Positions 12,001 to 25,900 of a stretch of DNA of 64,000 nucleotides are shown here, piece by piece. The notes beneath the pieces were generated by a model. It was not told where the DNA came from and searched no databases. It saw nothing but the letters and a program-made list of their open reading frames with translations. Made by a program: the position numbers and the translations under genes. Source of the DNA: Gracilinanus agilis (taxonomy: Eukaryota); NCBI RefSeq assembly GCF_016433145.1, contig NC_058132.1, positions 610,652,749 to 610,716,748 of the forward strand, written 5' to 3'. Position 1 is the first letter of the stretch, and each line of letters opens with the position of its first letter.

Positions 12001-12697
12001 CGCTGAATCCAGCTGTTGGCGCTGTCCGTGGTACTGAAGAAATCCCGGCTGCCGGTAGAATGAGCTCCAAAGCAGCAGTCTGTGCAAACTGCTTTCTGTG
12101 ATGCAGAAATCAAGCTAAAGTTACTCCTTTGCTTCGCGTCCACTGTAAGCATTTTCTGTTGTTAGAGGTGATCGAAGCCGCATATTGTGATGGTGCGGAG
12201 GGTATTTCAGGCGGAGCTGGCTTTAAGCTATAGCATACTGTTGCTTTTTGTGGTATTGAAATCCTAACCAAACCACCTTTCTCTACAGCCGTTACAAGCA
12301 CTGTGCAAAGGATCTCGTGTTTAGAAGAAATGTAATCAATTGGGAAATTTCATAGAAGGAGCTGAGAAAATCCTAAAAATAAGTTCAACATGATTCTACT
12401 TACGAGAGTCTGGATTTCGACGAGACAGCATTGCTGCTTGCTTTGAATTCTGAACACTGATCCAAAGCTTAATTCTTATGTGTGTCTGCTGTGTTTCTCT
12501 CTGGAAGGGCGGGAGACTGCCTCTTTACTGTGTTTTGAAATGGGAGGCAGAGAAAAGGGATTGCCTATAACTCATCCCTGAAAAAAAATGTATTCTTCGG
12601 GTAATTAAAGAGGAACTGCTTTACTAAAACACATCTAACCTTGTAGTTCATACTGGCCTGTGACCCTACCACCACCATTAACCTCCATACTGATTAG
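11970..12697 (+). other. VWC2L: Probable VWC2L non-coding exon 1 (5' UTR); start approximate
   Basis: Repeat-free, CpG-retaining sequence ending in a consensus donor AG|GTAAGT (12697|12698). This gives a 2299-bp intron to the exon 2 acceptor, similar to the recalled human structure. Confidence 0.65.
12018..12038 (-). promoter_or_regulatory. RE1/NRSE (REST binding site)
   Basis: Minus strand reads TTCAGTACCACGGACAGCGCC, 20/21 identical to the canonical RE1 TTCAGCACCACGGACAGCGCC. Confidence 0.93.
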
Positions 12698-14996
12698 GTA
12701 AGTATACATTATTAGCACAAGTTGCATTTGTTTTCTCAAAGGATTAGATGCAGTCATTTGTTATCAAATGTGGTTTTTTTCAAAGTTCAGCTATGGGGTG
12801 ATCTCAGTGTAGCAGCGTTTGCTTACTTATTAGAATCTTTACATAAACATCTTATTTGAGAAAAAGGTTTCTTTCACTTAAATAAATGGAGTCTTAAATT
12901 GTCATACAGCATCCAACCTATCAAGATGACTGCTGTGCTTTTAATTTTATTTTATTAGGCAGCCTCAGAACTTTATGTTTTAAATGCCTACATTGAGAAA
13001 CAAGGTATATAAAATAGATTTCATGCTAGAAACATGCTTACTATTTCATTCTAAATTTGAATTGTATCCTTTATTTCTATTTAAGTTTATATTGGCCATG
13101 GCATGGTAAATTACTGCCTACCTGTAGCTTGTAAATGAATAGACCAGATCTGTCTATGTCTTTTTATAGCAGAATTCTGTGTGAATTTGACATGGCTTAT
13201 CTTGCATGTTGCTACAGATAGTAGAGGAATGCTACTAGGAAGCACAATAGCTCCTTTTTCTCAAAGTTAAACTTTCTAAATATGTGGAAGATCTGTCAAT
13301 TCATCCTACAGTTAGTAAAATAGGCTTATGTTTTTCAAAGGCTTGCATAATGTTTGGTACCACTATAAATCATTTAGGAAAAAATGCTTTGTCAATAGGC
13401 TCTTAAAGCTTCTCTAGTAAGATTATAGGTTTGCATCTTCTTGTTCTGTCATGACTCATTGTTTTTGACATATTTTAAAGGAGATTCACCTCCTTATCAT
13501 TATCCACAAAGAATCCTAATAACACAGAGCATTCCCCTTTCAGGAAGAGGGAGTAAATATATTACCTTCCATTTTACTATTGACAGAATCTGCATGCCTC
13601 ACTAAAAATGCATAACTTAATATAATACCTATTCAAAAGTTTCATGAAAATGCATTTCAATTTTTTAAGTATTCATTACACATTTTATACTGAGTAAAAG
13701 TGGATTGTCATTTTTTGGTTATGTTTTGGAAAAAACTCAAACATGAATGACACAAAGGGACTGAAAATTTTCTATTTATATTCTTCATGCCATCTGCAAA
13801 CACATTATATGACAAGTCTCTTCCATAAATATTATTTCCTTAATAGAGGTTAAGATTTCCCCTATGTCCTTATGACTTCTGTGAGTTATTCAATATGAAC
13901 ATTAAAGTATGAGGTATCCTTAGTACTTCAGACACTAGTTAATAGCAATATTATTTTAAGTTAGTATGGTAAATATTGCCAACTTAAATAGGTATTTTTG
14001 TAATGGTGAGAATTATTTCATTACAGTCTTTTAAAAAATTAACTAAAATCAGTTTGAGTGGTTATTAAACCCAAGATTTTAAAATACATTTGGGAAAAGT
14101 TATGTATTCAGAGAAGATTAAATGGATATATCCATTTGCATTGAGTTTTTAAAAACAAACCTACTAAATGCAAATCATATTTTAGATACTATGTATAATG
14201 TAAAAGGAATCTCCCCTGCCCTCTAGTAGCTTAGCTTCTGAGGAAGATAAAGGCATAGACAGCAATACATAATGCATTTTCCCAAGGCTTTTTAAAAAAT
14301 ATTTTCCATGATTTCACTTTTTTCTTTCCCTTTCCTATGTGGAATAGAGGTGTGAGTTTCATTACTGATTGCTTTTTAAAACCAAGACACATGTCTATTG
14401 CTAAAAACCTATTAGTAGACCACTGTAAAACCTCATTTGTAAGCATAAAGAAAGGATGGTCAAGGGCCTTTTCTACTACCTCCAACATAATTAAAACTTA
14501 CATTCAACTATTAGTTTTACTCCATTACTTTCTGATTTAGGTTTCTCACACCAATATCTCAATTGTAGTATACTGAATTATTTAATATCTGAAATCCAAC
14601 AGTGGAAAGAGCCAAGGTTTAAGGATAATAGAGACTGTGCACTGAAATTCTTTTGAACTTCTTGTAACTAATCAGAGGCAAATCATTTCATCTCTTCATG
14701 GCTTAGGAAACAAATCTCTCTATCTTAGTCAAAGTAATGTATGAAATCCAGGTGCTAAACCTAAACTGAAATTTCCTGGGTAAAGTAATTCCTGAAGGGA
14801 TCAATTTTAGTTACTATATTGCTAAAGATTTATTCTCTATTCCTCAAACTAAAGAGTAGATGCTTGTTTGAACTCCTTTTATTTGGGATTTTAAAATTAT
14901 TATATCAATCCCATTAAACAGGTTGAGAACATGGCCTTAATTGACTATATTATCTTTTAATATGTCAAATTATTCTTTTTAAATATTTGTTTTCAG

Positions 14997-15469
<473 letters not shown>

Positions 15470-17991
15470 TGAGCTACCCTCCATACTTATTCAATACTAA
15501 CATGCAACTCCAGTTATTTTCCATATTGGTACATGAAAGTGATTGTTATGCCAAAATATTCTCCATTGGATTAAGAAATATGATTCCATTTAGCATGTAG
15601 CTATTAATGTCCAAATGACAGTGAAGTCATCTGTTGATCTGTAGAGGTTTCACACAGACTTATTTAATAATTGGAATGTAATAACAGCCAAATTACTTAT
15701 ACAAAGGGTCTATATTGGTGAAGAAAGAAGGAATGTTGTTTATAGACCTCATCTCTATTAGATTAGCATAAAAATAGTCTGTATGTTGGTTTAAAAAAGT
15801 TTTGTACTACTTAACCAGTATTTTAAGCACTTTCAATTAATCTCCATAGTTAGTGTATGCAAAGGTAAGTTTGATAATCAGATGTCCATAAAACAAAACT
15901 TCATTTACTTTATAACATAATTATTAGTCCTTGTGGCAAACCATATTTTCTCATGTATTCACTTACTATAGAATGTCATGATTGTAAGGTTATCCTTTTT
16001 AGGTATAAATTCCACCTAAAACATAAACAAATTTTATTTTTCTTTCTAAATCCCATTAACCTATTACTTTCTTGACTTCTAATCTCTATTGTCAAGGATC
16101 ATGAAGAACATTGCTCTTTCCATGGCTAGTTGCATTTAGGATAGCCTACAAGTCAGGACTGGAACTTAAAGATATAACTGAGAGCATCAAAAATATGTCT
16201 TTAATTAATATGATGGCATTGTGTGCCCAAGATTGTCTGAGTTCTGATGGTTTGCTACCAAAGAGTCAGCTTTTATTCAACATAAAAATTCTGTATCAAG
16301 ACTCTCAGAAACTTTCCAGTAGCTATAGGAAAAAGAGAACTAGTTTACTACAGCAGAGTTTTTCTTTCAATACTAGAGGTAAGAATGCTCTATCCTTTAT
16401 GATAAAGAAAAAGATCTCAATGGTCAAATGATGTCCAAAGCCATCACCTAGATGATTATCTTGTCCTTAGGAAAGGGCTAGAAAGAGTACTGCTACTGCA
16501 TTGGACATGCATTTGTTTCACTCAATCCATTGCACTGTATGAATGCTGTTTTCCACAAGCCATGAATAAGTTCATGGTGATGACCTAGTCACTTGTGTAA
16601 TGCTTTATGGCCATCTCATTCTCTTTCATTGAATAAAATAAACAAACAATCATTCTGAAAACATGAAGAGATATGTTAGTGATGATGACTGTTTAAAAAA
16701 GAAGTGGGATTTTACCAAAACTTTGTCTCTCCTCTTTTAGAATATAATTTCAGTGGGAGTAATTCTACCATAAATATGACTTGCTACTAAATTCTAGTTA
16801 ATAATATCTTTCTACTTATCTACCACCTAAAGACTAAGATGTTTACAGACTATAAAAATATGTAGTCAATATGTACTTATTTTTATACTTGTGAAAATGA
16901 AGTTCAAATGCTAAAAACATAGTTTGATTTTATATATAATTTTAAGGTCCCACTGTTCCTGTAGTCCAGCATATAATCTATTTTCAAAATAATATTATAT
17001 TGCCTTGGCTAGACCACCTCTACTTCATCTTACTTTTGCCTAACACAGTCAATACTTCTGGGGTATCTAATTCATAATATAATATATTTAGAGCTGAAAT
17101 GGACTCAAACTCTCTCATTTTCAACATAAGAAACCTGAGACCCAGAGAGATTAAGTGCCCCAAAATTACAGTATCTAAGGGTAAGATCTGAACCTAAGTT
17201 TTTTTCCTAACTTAAAGTCCCAATGTTTAATCCATTATAGTATGATGAAAATCCATGTTTTCCTAATCCCACATTCCAATATTTTATCCACTACACTATG
17301 ATACAAAACATAATATGAAATAGTAAGTGTTGATTTAAATATCAGAAGTCTTTGATGCTACTGAAGTTGTTATAAGATTGGAAGAGGGAGTAGGAAAAGT
17401 GACCAGAAGCCTTTTTCTACATCTGAAATCATAAATTTAATACTTGAAAAGACTTTAGAAATCATATTATCTAAATTCTTAATTATGTGATGATGAAGCT
17501 CAGAGGGGTAAACTCAAAGACTCAAAGTTACAAAGCTAGTCAACCCTTTAATATTGCATTGCAAGCATTCAATAATCAAAAGGTATCATTCTCTTCAATT
17601 CTCAATGAGTTTTTGTAATCTAATCAACTCTAAATTCCTCTGTTAAAACTACATATTAATTCCTTCATAACAAAAATAATTCAAATGGAAGGAACCCCAA
17701 ACTCTTGAAGATTAGAGGAAATCTTGATTTTGAAATTTTGTAGCACTAAAACTTTCTTAATATCATTTGAAAGATGCAATCATCCCAACCCAGATCTTAT
17801 ATGACTATATTTTCATCTACTGTAGAACCCATAAAACTAGTTAAAATATTTTAACAGTTAAATGTAGTTTTCTATTTATTTGTCATACATATAATGAATA
17901 TAATTAATCAGAATCCTGCTGGCCTGCTTTGGGAAAAAGACAACTGTCACATTTCAATTTTTCTGTTATGATGAGAGAGTTACCAATCTAT

Positions 17992-18830
17992 ATCATTTAT
18001 TTATTCAACAAGTATTTATTGAACACCTCTTCTGTTTAAAGTATTTTATTATGTGTTGCATTATCCATAAGGATGCATTTATCAAAAAAGTTATCAATGT
18101 GAAAAGCACTGTGCTAGTCGCCAACAGAGATGCAAAAATGTAATCCTTGCCTTCCAAGAGCTTAAAATAATTTTAAAAAGGCATAGTTTTAGCTCTTGCA
18201 GAAGGAATAATCCAATTAGCAATTGGAAAGATATGCATGGGACCCAACAACTGAACAAAAATAAGTGTGCTATTTAATACTAATTTAATACTAATGTAAA
18301 TGCTGATGAAATGAATTATAGGGGGAAATTGATCACCATATTTACCTTGCAGCATTGTTCAAAGGGATTGAAAATTAGTCCTGGTCTTAAATAAATTATA
18401 GAAATAGATATGTGAAGAGAAAAGATAATGAAACCTTGGAGTGGGAACAGCTTGAGCAAAAGCAGAGAAACAGGAACAATATTTAGGGAATGTGAGTACA
18501 GGTGGAAAAACAGAAAGATGACCAGCTTGGCCAACATGAAGTAGTCTAGATAAATTGAGAGTGTTTAGCTGAAGGAGGGGCAGAGAAAGGAAGAAACGTG
18601 ACAGAGGATCCAGGCACATAGATTGAGAAGCTAAGCTTTGACAAGAATAGGAATAGGGAGTCAATGTAGTTTTAATCTTGGGAGAGACATTTAGAAAATA
18701 ATGTCTGCAAAAGATTATCCTGGCAGCTTTGTTCCAGATGGATTCAGTGAGGTTTGTGAGCAACAAATGGTGATGAGAATATTAGAAATACTAGGCAGGA
18801 GGCTGATGCAAATAAGATAGGCATGAGAAT
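17992..18830 (-). mobile_element. L2 LINE fragment
   Basis: Reverse L2 3' end (tcatttatttattcaacaagtatttattgaacacc) followed by purine-rich L2 body. Confidence 0.7.
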
Positions 18831-20394
18831 GTGAAGATTTGCCTGCATTTTAACTGAGGCCATAAAAATATGGACAATATACTGAGAATACTATTATAGA
18901 ATTCCAAATGGTTCACCTAGAAATGGCTTACATTTCATTTTCATCTGTTAATTTCTTCATATCAAGAAAACTCAGAAGCACTTGGAAAAGGGCATCTACC
19001 CCTGTGATTTATAAGGCATGGTACTAGAATTCTTAGATATTCTGTAATTCTTTCAATTATGGCCCTCTCTCTAGATTTTAATCCCTGGGGAGCCCTAAAA
19101 CACAATGACCATTCATCATCACAAGAAAATACCTACAATGTTGCCTAAAATAAATAAATAAATAAACTTATTTTCCATTTTTGCTTATAACGAGCAATCA
19201 AATAGAAGTTGACCTTTGTGAAAGGATGATATACTGCTTTTAAAACTATTAATTAAAAATAGTTTCACACTATTTATTAAAAAGAGCCTGAAAAAAATTG
19301 ATAAATAACTCTATGGTTCTTGAAAGCTCCAACTATCCTTATGTTCAATAAATCTTATATTCAGATAAAGGTTAGTATCCAACAGATCCTGTAATCTTTT
19401 TCTAAAATGTGGCCAGGAAAAATAAAAATGTAATACTTTAAAAAAATAAAAAGCATAAGTTATATTATTGTATATATTATATACCTATGTATTGGGTATA
19501 TTATAAAATAAGCTATATTCTATAGTTTTTCGAATGTGAAGTTTATAAACTCATGCCCTCTCTTATCCTGAGTTTCTTTGACAAGGGGGTATATGATGGA
19601 GATGGGGAAGATGTAAATTTTCAAAATATTGTTTTGTCAAAGCATCGTCATTTTGAATATTCCCCTCTATTCTCACATCTTTTTTGATAAATCTATGTGA
19701 CACACATTATTGGTCATTGTAAATGTAGTTATGTTTACCTTTCTTATATCCATTTCTGTCAAATTACAAAATCAGTCTTTATTTAAAAGTATCTTTCTAT
19801 ATTGACTCCCACGGGGTGTCAATGGTTCAAGACTGTCTCTCCCAATATATTCCTCTTAGAGGCCTTTGTTTTGTCTCAAGAGTACATTTTGAATTTGATA
19901 CTGCTTTTGTGAGGGTACATTGACTATTGCTGCTTTACTCCACTCTAGGTTAAGGAAAGATATTTACATGCAGTTTATAATGTTGCAAAATTCATAATGT
20001 TTTGAATTGCTAAACATCCCCCCTTGCTTTTCCTTTTGTATGCATTTTGGGTTTTTGGTTTACTAAATAAACATGCTTCACACATGCACATTTTGCGTTA
20101 ATAAAATCATACTTTCCTTTCAAATTATGACTTAGCTATTTGAAGGAAATGGGATGGGATGGGATGGTAAGGTACATGGGAAGAAAAGTGTCCACTGGCT
20201 TCATTTCACCAAGTTATTGTATGATAAAGTCTACTGCTGATGGATTAGGTTTAGGAATAGATAGACTTCTTTTGTATATATTTAGAAAATCATATGTTTC
20301 AGTTCCCGCCTCTTTACTCTTGATCTTTAAATGATGCATCCTCTAAACCTAAACAATTGCAATATCTTACATATAACGGTCTTGATACCTGGAA

Positions 20395-20600
20395 AGAGAA
20401 AGGCTTTAGAAACCAAAGACCTAGGTTCAACTCCCAGCTCTATGCCTACTAGATAGTCGACTTACTCAACCTCCATGAACCACAGTTTCTTCATCTGTCA
20501 AGCAAAGATAAAAAGTACTTGCCCTGCTGGCTTCACAGGATTGCCATGAGGATTAAATAAGATAATACATATATAATATCTTAAAAATTAAGTACTAAAT
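20395..20600 (+). mobile_element. MIR-family SINE
   Basis: gacctaggttcaactcccagctct...cacagtttcttcatctgtcaa...gaggattaaataagataa. Confidence 0.75.
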
Positions 20601-20689
20601 TACTTGTTATTTGTATATTTTCCTTAGCTACTTACTACATAGCCTTATATGTCTGATTTGATCTCCTATTGGGGAGCTTAAACTTTAAT

Positions 20690-21720
20690 ATTTCCAATAT
20701 GAACCTTTCTTCTGACCTAAAACATGCCCTTCCTCTTAACTCCCATATTTCAATTACTTGTACTACTATGTTCATAGTCACTCAAATTTAAAATTTTACT
20801 CATGCCTGGTCACTTTCTTTCAATCAATTCCTCCACATAACTGTCTCTTTTTCATTCCCCCCCAAAAGAATTCCTGTATGTTGCCTATATTTTAGCTTGC
20901 ATTGTAAAATCCGCATTTGACAGAAGTAGCTGGTGTGTAGTTTGTATATGGGACAGGAGAAGAATTTCTTCTCTTCCCCCAAAGTCTTCAATCTTGTTAA
21001 TTCTACCTGCAAACTCTCCAAACTGCCCCCCTTCCATCTTCATTGCCATCATTCTAGTTCAGGACCTCATTATCTCTCACCTTGACAGTTCCAATAGCCT
21101 CCTAACTCAGCACTCTGACTCCAGTCATCACCCCTTTAATCTATCTTGCACACCAATGGTTGCCAAATTAATCTTTCTAATGTATAGACCTGGTCATATC
21201 ACTCCCCTGCCTATAAACCATCAATGACTCCCTGTTGCCTATTGAATAAAATTCAAACTCCTTAGCTTGTCATTCAAGACCCTCCATAATCTGACACCAG
21301 ACTAGCTTTTCAACTTTATCTCAATCTACTAGCCTTTATATAGTTTATTCTTCATCCCAGTTGGACTACTTATCCTTGCTAAACATATCCTTCACTCTTC
21401 CATTTATATGCCTCTAATCTTTCTGATGCTATGAGCATTTCCCTCATTTCCATCTGTTGAAATCTTGCCAAGACATTAAAGTCAAATTTCAATGTCACTT
21501 CACCCAAAAAAAATTTCCTGTTACTCCCCAGACAGAAGTTATTTCTCATGACTCTAAATTCTAATGTCCTTATGTCTCAGTTGCCTTAATCACAGTTTAT
21601 TCTATATTGTAATTGTTTGTATATATCTCTACTTCTAGTCTATGAGATCCTTGCAGGCATTTTTATAGCCCTCTGCTTTATAGATAGTAGGTGATCAACA
21701 CAAATTTCTTAAATGTTGAA
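20690..21720 (+). mobile_element. L2 LINE 3' fragment
   Basis: Pyrimidine-rich L2 body (tcatatcactcccctgcc...caatgactccctgttgcc...aaactccttagc) ending in a degenerate L2 tail. Confidence 0.8.
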
Positions 21721-22893
21721 ATAAAATGCAAATACTAGAGTGGATATATTACTTGAAGAATCAGGAAGATGCAAAAGGTGGTCATTTGTTTTTATTTATA
21801 TAGGAAAGGAAGCATGTCCAGTGGCAAGGGCTCTGGTTTTGAAATCACCTGGGTAACCCTGCGACAAGTATTTAGTATTTCTAGGCCTTTGTTTTTCTCA
21901 AATGTAAAATGAGGGGGATGAACTAAATAATCTCCAAATTTCCTTCCAACTGTAAATCTATAACTTATGTTCCTCTGATCCTTAATATTAGAAACCTATC
22001 TCAGAATATTTGATAATAGAGGGAAGAACATACCAGGACCCAGATAAATGAAAACTATCAATGATCCAATGTAGCATAATCAATCAATTAATAAATGAAC
22101 ATCTATTACGCATCTATCATGCACCAGGAACTGTGCTAACTTCTGGATATACAAAAAGAAATTTAAAAAGTACTACCACAGGAGTTGAAATATGTGGGTT
22201 CTAATCCCAGTTCTCTCAATAACCATCTGTGACCTTGGGCTTATTTTTTTCAGGGTCTCAGGTATTTTATTAAAAACTGAAAAGCTGGGACTAGATTCTG
22301 TTATATGGAAGGCCCTTTCAACTTTAAAACTCAATGATTACATAAGTTGAAATATACATTAAGCTAAGGATCAGTGATTCAATACCATTCAGGAAAAATA
22401 AAAATTTTCTAGGTCTTAAGGATTTACAAAGAGTTCAGCATACCCTTAATCAATGAATCTTCACAAAATTATTATAAAGGAAGTAGTATTAGGTATCATC
22501 TCTATTTTACATGAGAAAATAAGGACTCAGGGAAATGAAGCCAAATCACCTATGCTAATATGCCTAGTAATTTCTGGAGCGAGATTTGAACCCAGATTTC
22601 TCCTAACTCTTAAGTTCTGCACTTTGTACCCAGTCATTCCATCTCTTGAGGGAGGCATACTATACACACTACATGAGTCTTCTGAAAAGTTTATGTGTTT
22701 GAAGATTTTGAGGGAAAGAAGGTGTTTGGTAGAGTGCCTGGGACATAGTCCTATATAGTTCATGGTGACTGACCAAGTTAAAGGACAAATCCACCATGCC
22801 CTATACAAAAACCACCATCCCTCCAACTTCAACAAAATAGCAATTTTGCAATACAGGTAACAGTAACAAATTGGATTTTTGTAAAAGATAGTT

Positions 22894-23100
22894 AGGGGCA
22901 GTGATGTGGCTAAAGATAGAGATATAGTGGATAGAGAGGCTGCTCTAGAGATGAGAGGACCTGGTTTCAAATCTGGTCTCAGACACTTCCTAACTGTGTG
23001 ACCCAGGGCAAGCCACTTAACCTCAGTTGTCTAGACTTTACATTCTTCTGCCTTGGAACCAATACAGAGTACTAATTCTAAGACAGAAGGTAAGGATTTT
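22894..23100 (+). mobile_element. Older SINE1_Mdo-like SINE (hairpin-tail type)
   Basis: ggtttcaaatctggtctcagacacttcc...cttctgccttggaaccaatacagagtactaattctaagacagaaggtaagg. Confidence 0.8.
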
Positions 23101-24029
23101 TTAAATAATACTAGAGCATTTTAGATCAGAAACTGTGAGAAATGAAAAACAGAGCTCAGCTTAATAAGAATTTGATGAAAAATACATTTGTTGGATCAAA
23201 AGGCTAGGAGTATATAAGAAATGGCCAGTAGAGCTGGTCCAAAGAAACTTCAGAATTCTAGTACTTGAAATATAGTAAACATTTAATAAACATTTTTCAT
23301 TCATTCATTGATTCATTACAGCCAATGGAAATAACTTAGGAAGATTAGTACAACAAAGAACACTTATTTGGTAAAGTTGATTTCTAAAAACAGCTTCACT
23401 GTCCACCCACTCCCCACATGCATTCAGTTTCCTTTTAGAAAATTTTCTCCCTTTAGGCTGTGTGTTCCTTGAGAGCAGAGGCTCTTTTGCTTTTCTTTAT
23501 ACCTAGAACATAGTATGTGCTTAATAAATGTTTATGATGATTTTAAGAAACATGAATTGGGAGTGGGTGGTCATTTATGTCAAAATAGGTCCTGTTTTTT
23601 CCTCTGGGATTTGATATTTAGATGGTCCCTAAGTAATTTCAAGAATTGTGTCCTTCATTTCAATGTTGCCCCTTCAAAGCTTAAATGTTCCATTAGGAGC
23701 CACAAATAAGCATTCTTAGCTTAAGGTCCGTGTCACTGAATCCTGCTACTTTAGTGAAGCCATCAAATTAACAAGATAACTCTTCAGAATTTCATGCACA
23801 GCTCTTTTTTTAAAAAGAGTAATCTCTGAGCATTTTAGGATACTCTATTTTGACTTTCTCTTATTAGTTTAATACTTTAGACTCGATGTTAATTAAAAGA
23901 AATCACTAGGGGTTAATTTTTAGGATGGGTACTTTTCTATTTAAAAAAAAGAAAAAATATTCATAAGTTAAATACTAAGTCAATATTTTGTTAAAGGAAT
24001 TAAACACATTTTTACCTTTGAGAAATCCC

Positions 24030-24575
24030 ATTTGCAAATTTTCAAATCTTAAATTGCTTGTCTGGCCATGTCATTTCCTTGACCAATAAGCTACAGAGGT
24101 TCTTTAGTTGCCCCTGGGATAAAATATAAACTCTTCTGTTTGACATTTAAAGACCTGACTCCAACATATTTTTTCCAGACCAACTGCCCATTAGTCCCAG
24201 TCATGAACTCTGTGTTCCTGCCAAACTAACCTATTAGGTGTTCACTGCCCTGGACACTTCATCTCTCCCCTTTGTGTCTTTCTACAAGCTGATCTGGAAT
24301 CTTCTCTTCACCAGCACCTCATCAAATCCTCTAGTACCCTTCAAAGAATAGCTCAGATGTTAACTGCTAAAGGAGGCCTTTCCTGATCAACTCAGTTGTT
24401 AGTGATTCTCCCTTCCATCAAAAAAAAAATAATTGTATGTAAATACATATAGACATATAATATACTTACTTGGGTACATGTGGTTTCCAGTAGCTGTCTT
24501 TTTCATATTTGCATTCCCAGCTCCTAGTGCCTAGTACCAGGTAGACTCATTAAATACTTGCTATATTGAATGGAA
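24030..24575 (+). mobile_element. L2 LINE 3' fragment
   Basis: L2-like body and tail (tagtgcctagtaccaggtagactcattaaatacttgc...gaatggaa). Confidence 0.7.
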
Positions 24576-25284
24576 ATCCATTGACTTAATTTCCAAAGGA
24601 TGGGGTCTCTTACCTCTTGCAATACTTGTGAAGTTGAGAAGTTGTTGGTGCTTCCTCAAAATAACCTGGAGATAACAAGTGTAATTATCTTTATTTTCAA
24701 AATGTGGAAAATGAGACTTTAAGAGACTGCCTCTTTAATCCAAAAAAACAAAGAGGTAATAAATGCCAATAATCAAACCTAGGTCTTCAGACTCCAAATT
24801 TAGTATTCCTTCCATCAGACCACAGTGCTTCTCCTTCATAGGGTCATCACAAAAGTTTGGCCACTTCTAGACTTGGTGCTTCTTTCTTCCTCAATAGTTA
24901 ATAAATTGTGCTTTACTGATTTTTGTGGCTTATTTCATGGCTAAGCTTTGCTCATTTCTCATAGGGCACATTTATGCCTTCTCCCAATATTGTTTTAAAC
25001 AGAAGTATTTTTCAGGGCAAGAGTCAAGATATATTCAAAATGCCTTCCCTATGTGTTAAGTTTTCAATGTAAATATAGTGGAGAGAAGTGTTTTCTTATC
25101 CTTTATGTTACCTGACAATGATTAAAGCATTGGTTATTAGTTTGCCAATTTGTTGAAGCCTTTTGCTTCTATTATTTCTTTGGCCATTCTTCCAAATTTT
25201 TACAGACTCTTGTTCACATCAATATTAATGGCATAATATTAGGCACATAATAAGTATTGACTCTTGACTATATTGAATCATAAT

Positions 25285-25900
25285 CAATTAATCAACACTC
25301 ATTTATTAAGTACTTACTACCTTTTAGGCACTGTGCTAAGCACTGGGGATACAAAGACAAAAGTTAAAGATTTCCTGTCTTAAAGGAATTTACATTTTAA
25401 TCAAGGAGAGAATGTGTACACACATAATAATGTAGAATATATATATGCAAAATGAATTCAAGATAATTTTGGAAGGAAAGGGAATAGTAACTAGGGAGAA
25501 CAGGAAAAATTTCAGGTAGAAGGTGGTTCTTGATCTGATTCTTAGAAGAAACAAGAAACTCCAAGAAATGTAAATGAAAAGGGCAAGCATTCATGTTGTG
25601 AGGAAAAGACCCCGACAGGGAGCATCATGTTGCAGAACTTCAAGTATGCCAGTTTTTTGGGACCATGGAGTTCATGGAGAAGAGTAAAATACAAAAAGCC
25701 TTGAAAGGTGGGTTAAAGCATGATAATAAAGTGTTTTAAATGCCAAAAACAGATTTCATATTTGATTCCAGAAAGAATAAGAAGCCATTGGAGTATATTA
25801 AATAGGTGGGTGACATGGTCAGACCTGCCATTTAAGAAAATTACTTTGGTGGCTGTCTAGAGAATTGATTAGAAAGAAATGAGGTCTGAGGTTGGGAGTC
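25285..25900 (-). mobile_element. L2 LINE fragment
   Basis: Reverse L2 tail atcaacactcatttattaagtacttactac...ggcactgtgctaagcactggggatacaaag. Confidence 0.8.

Noticed and set aside
11644-12087. 147-aa minus-strand ORF with poly-Lys
   Set aside because: The Lys run comes from the T39 tract; no domain or splice support.
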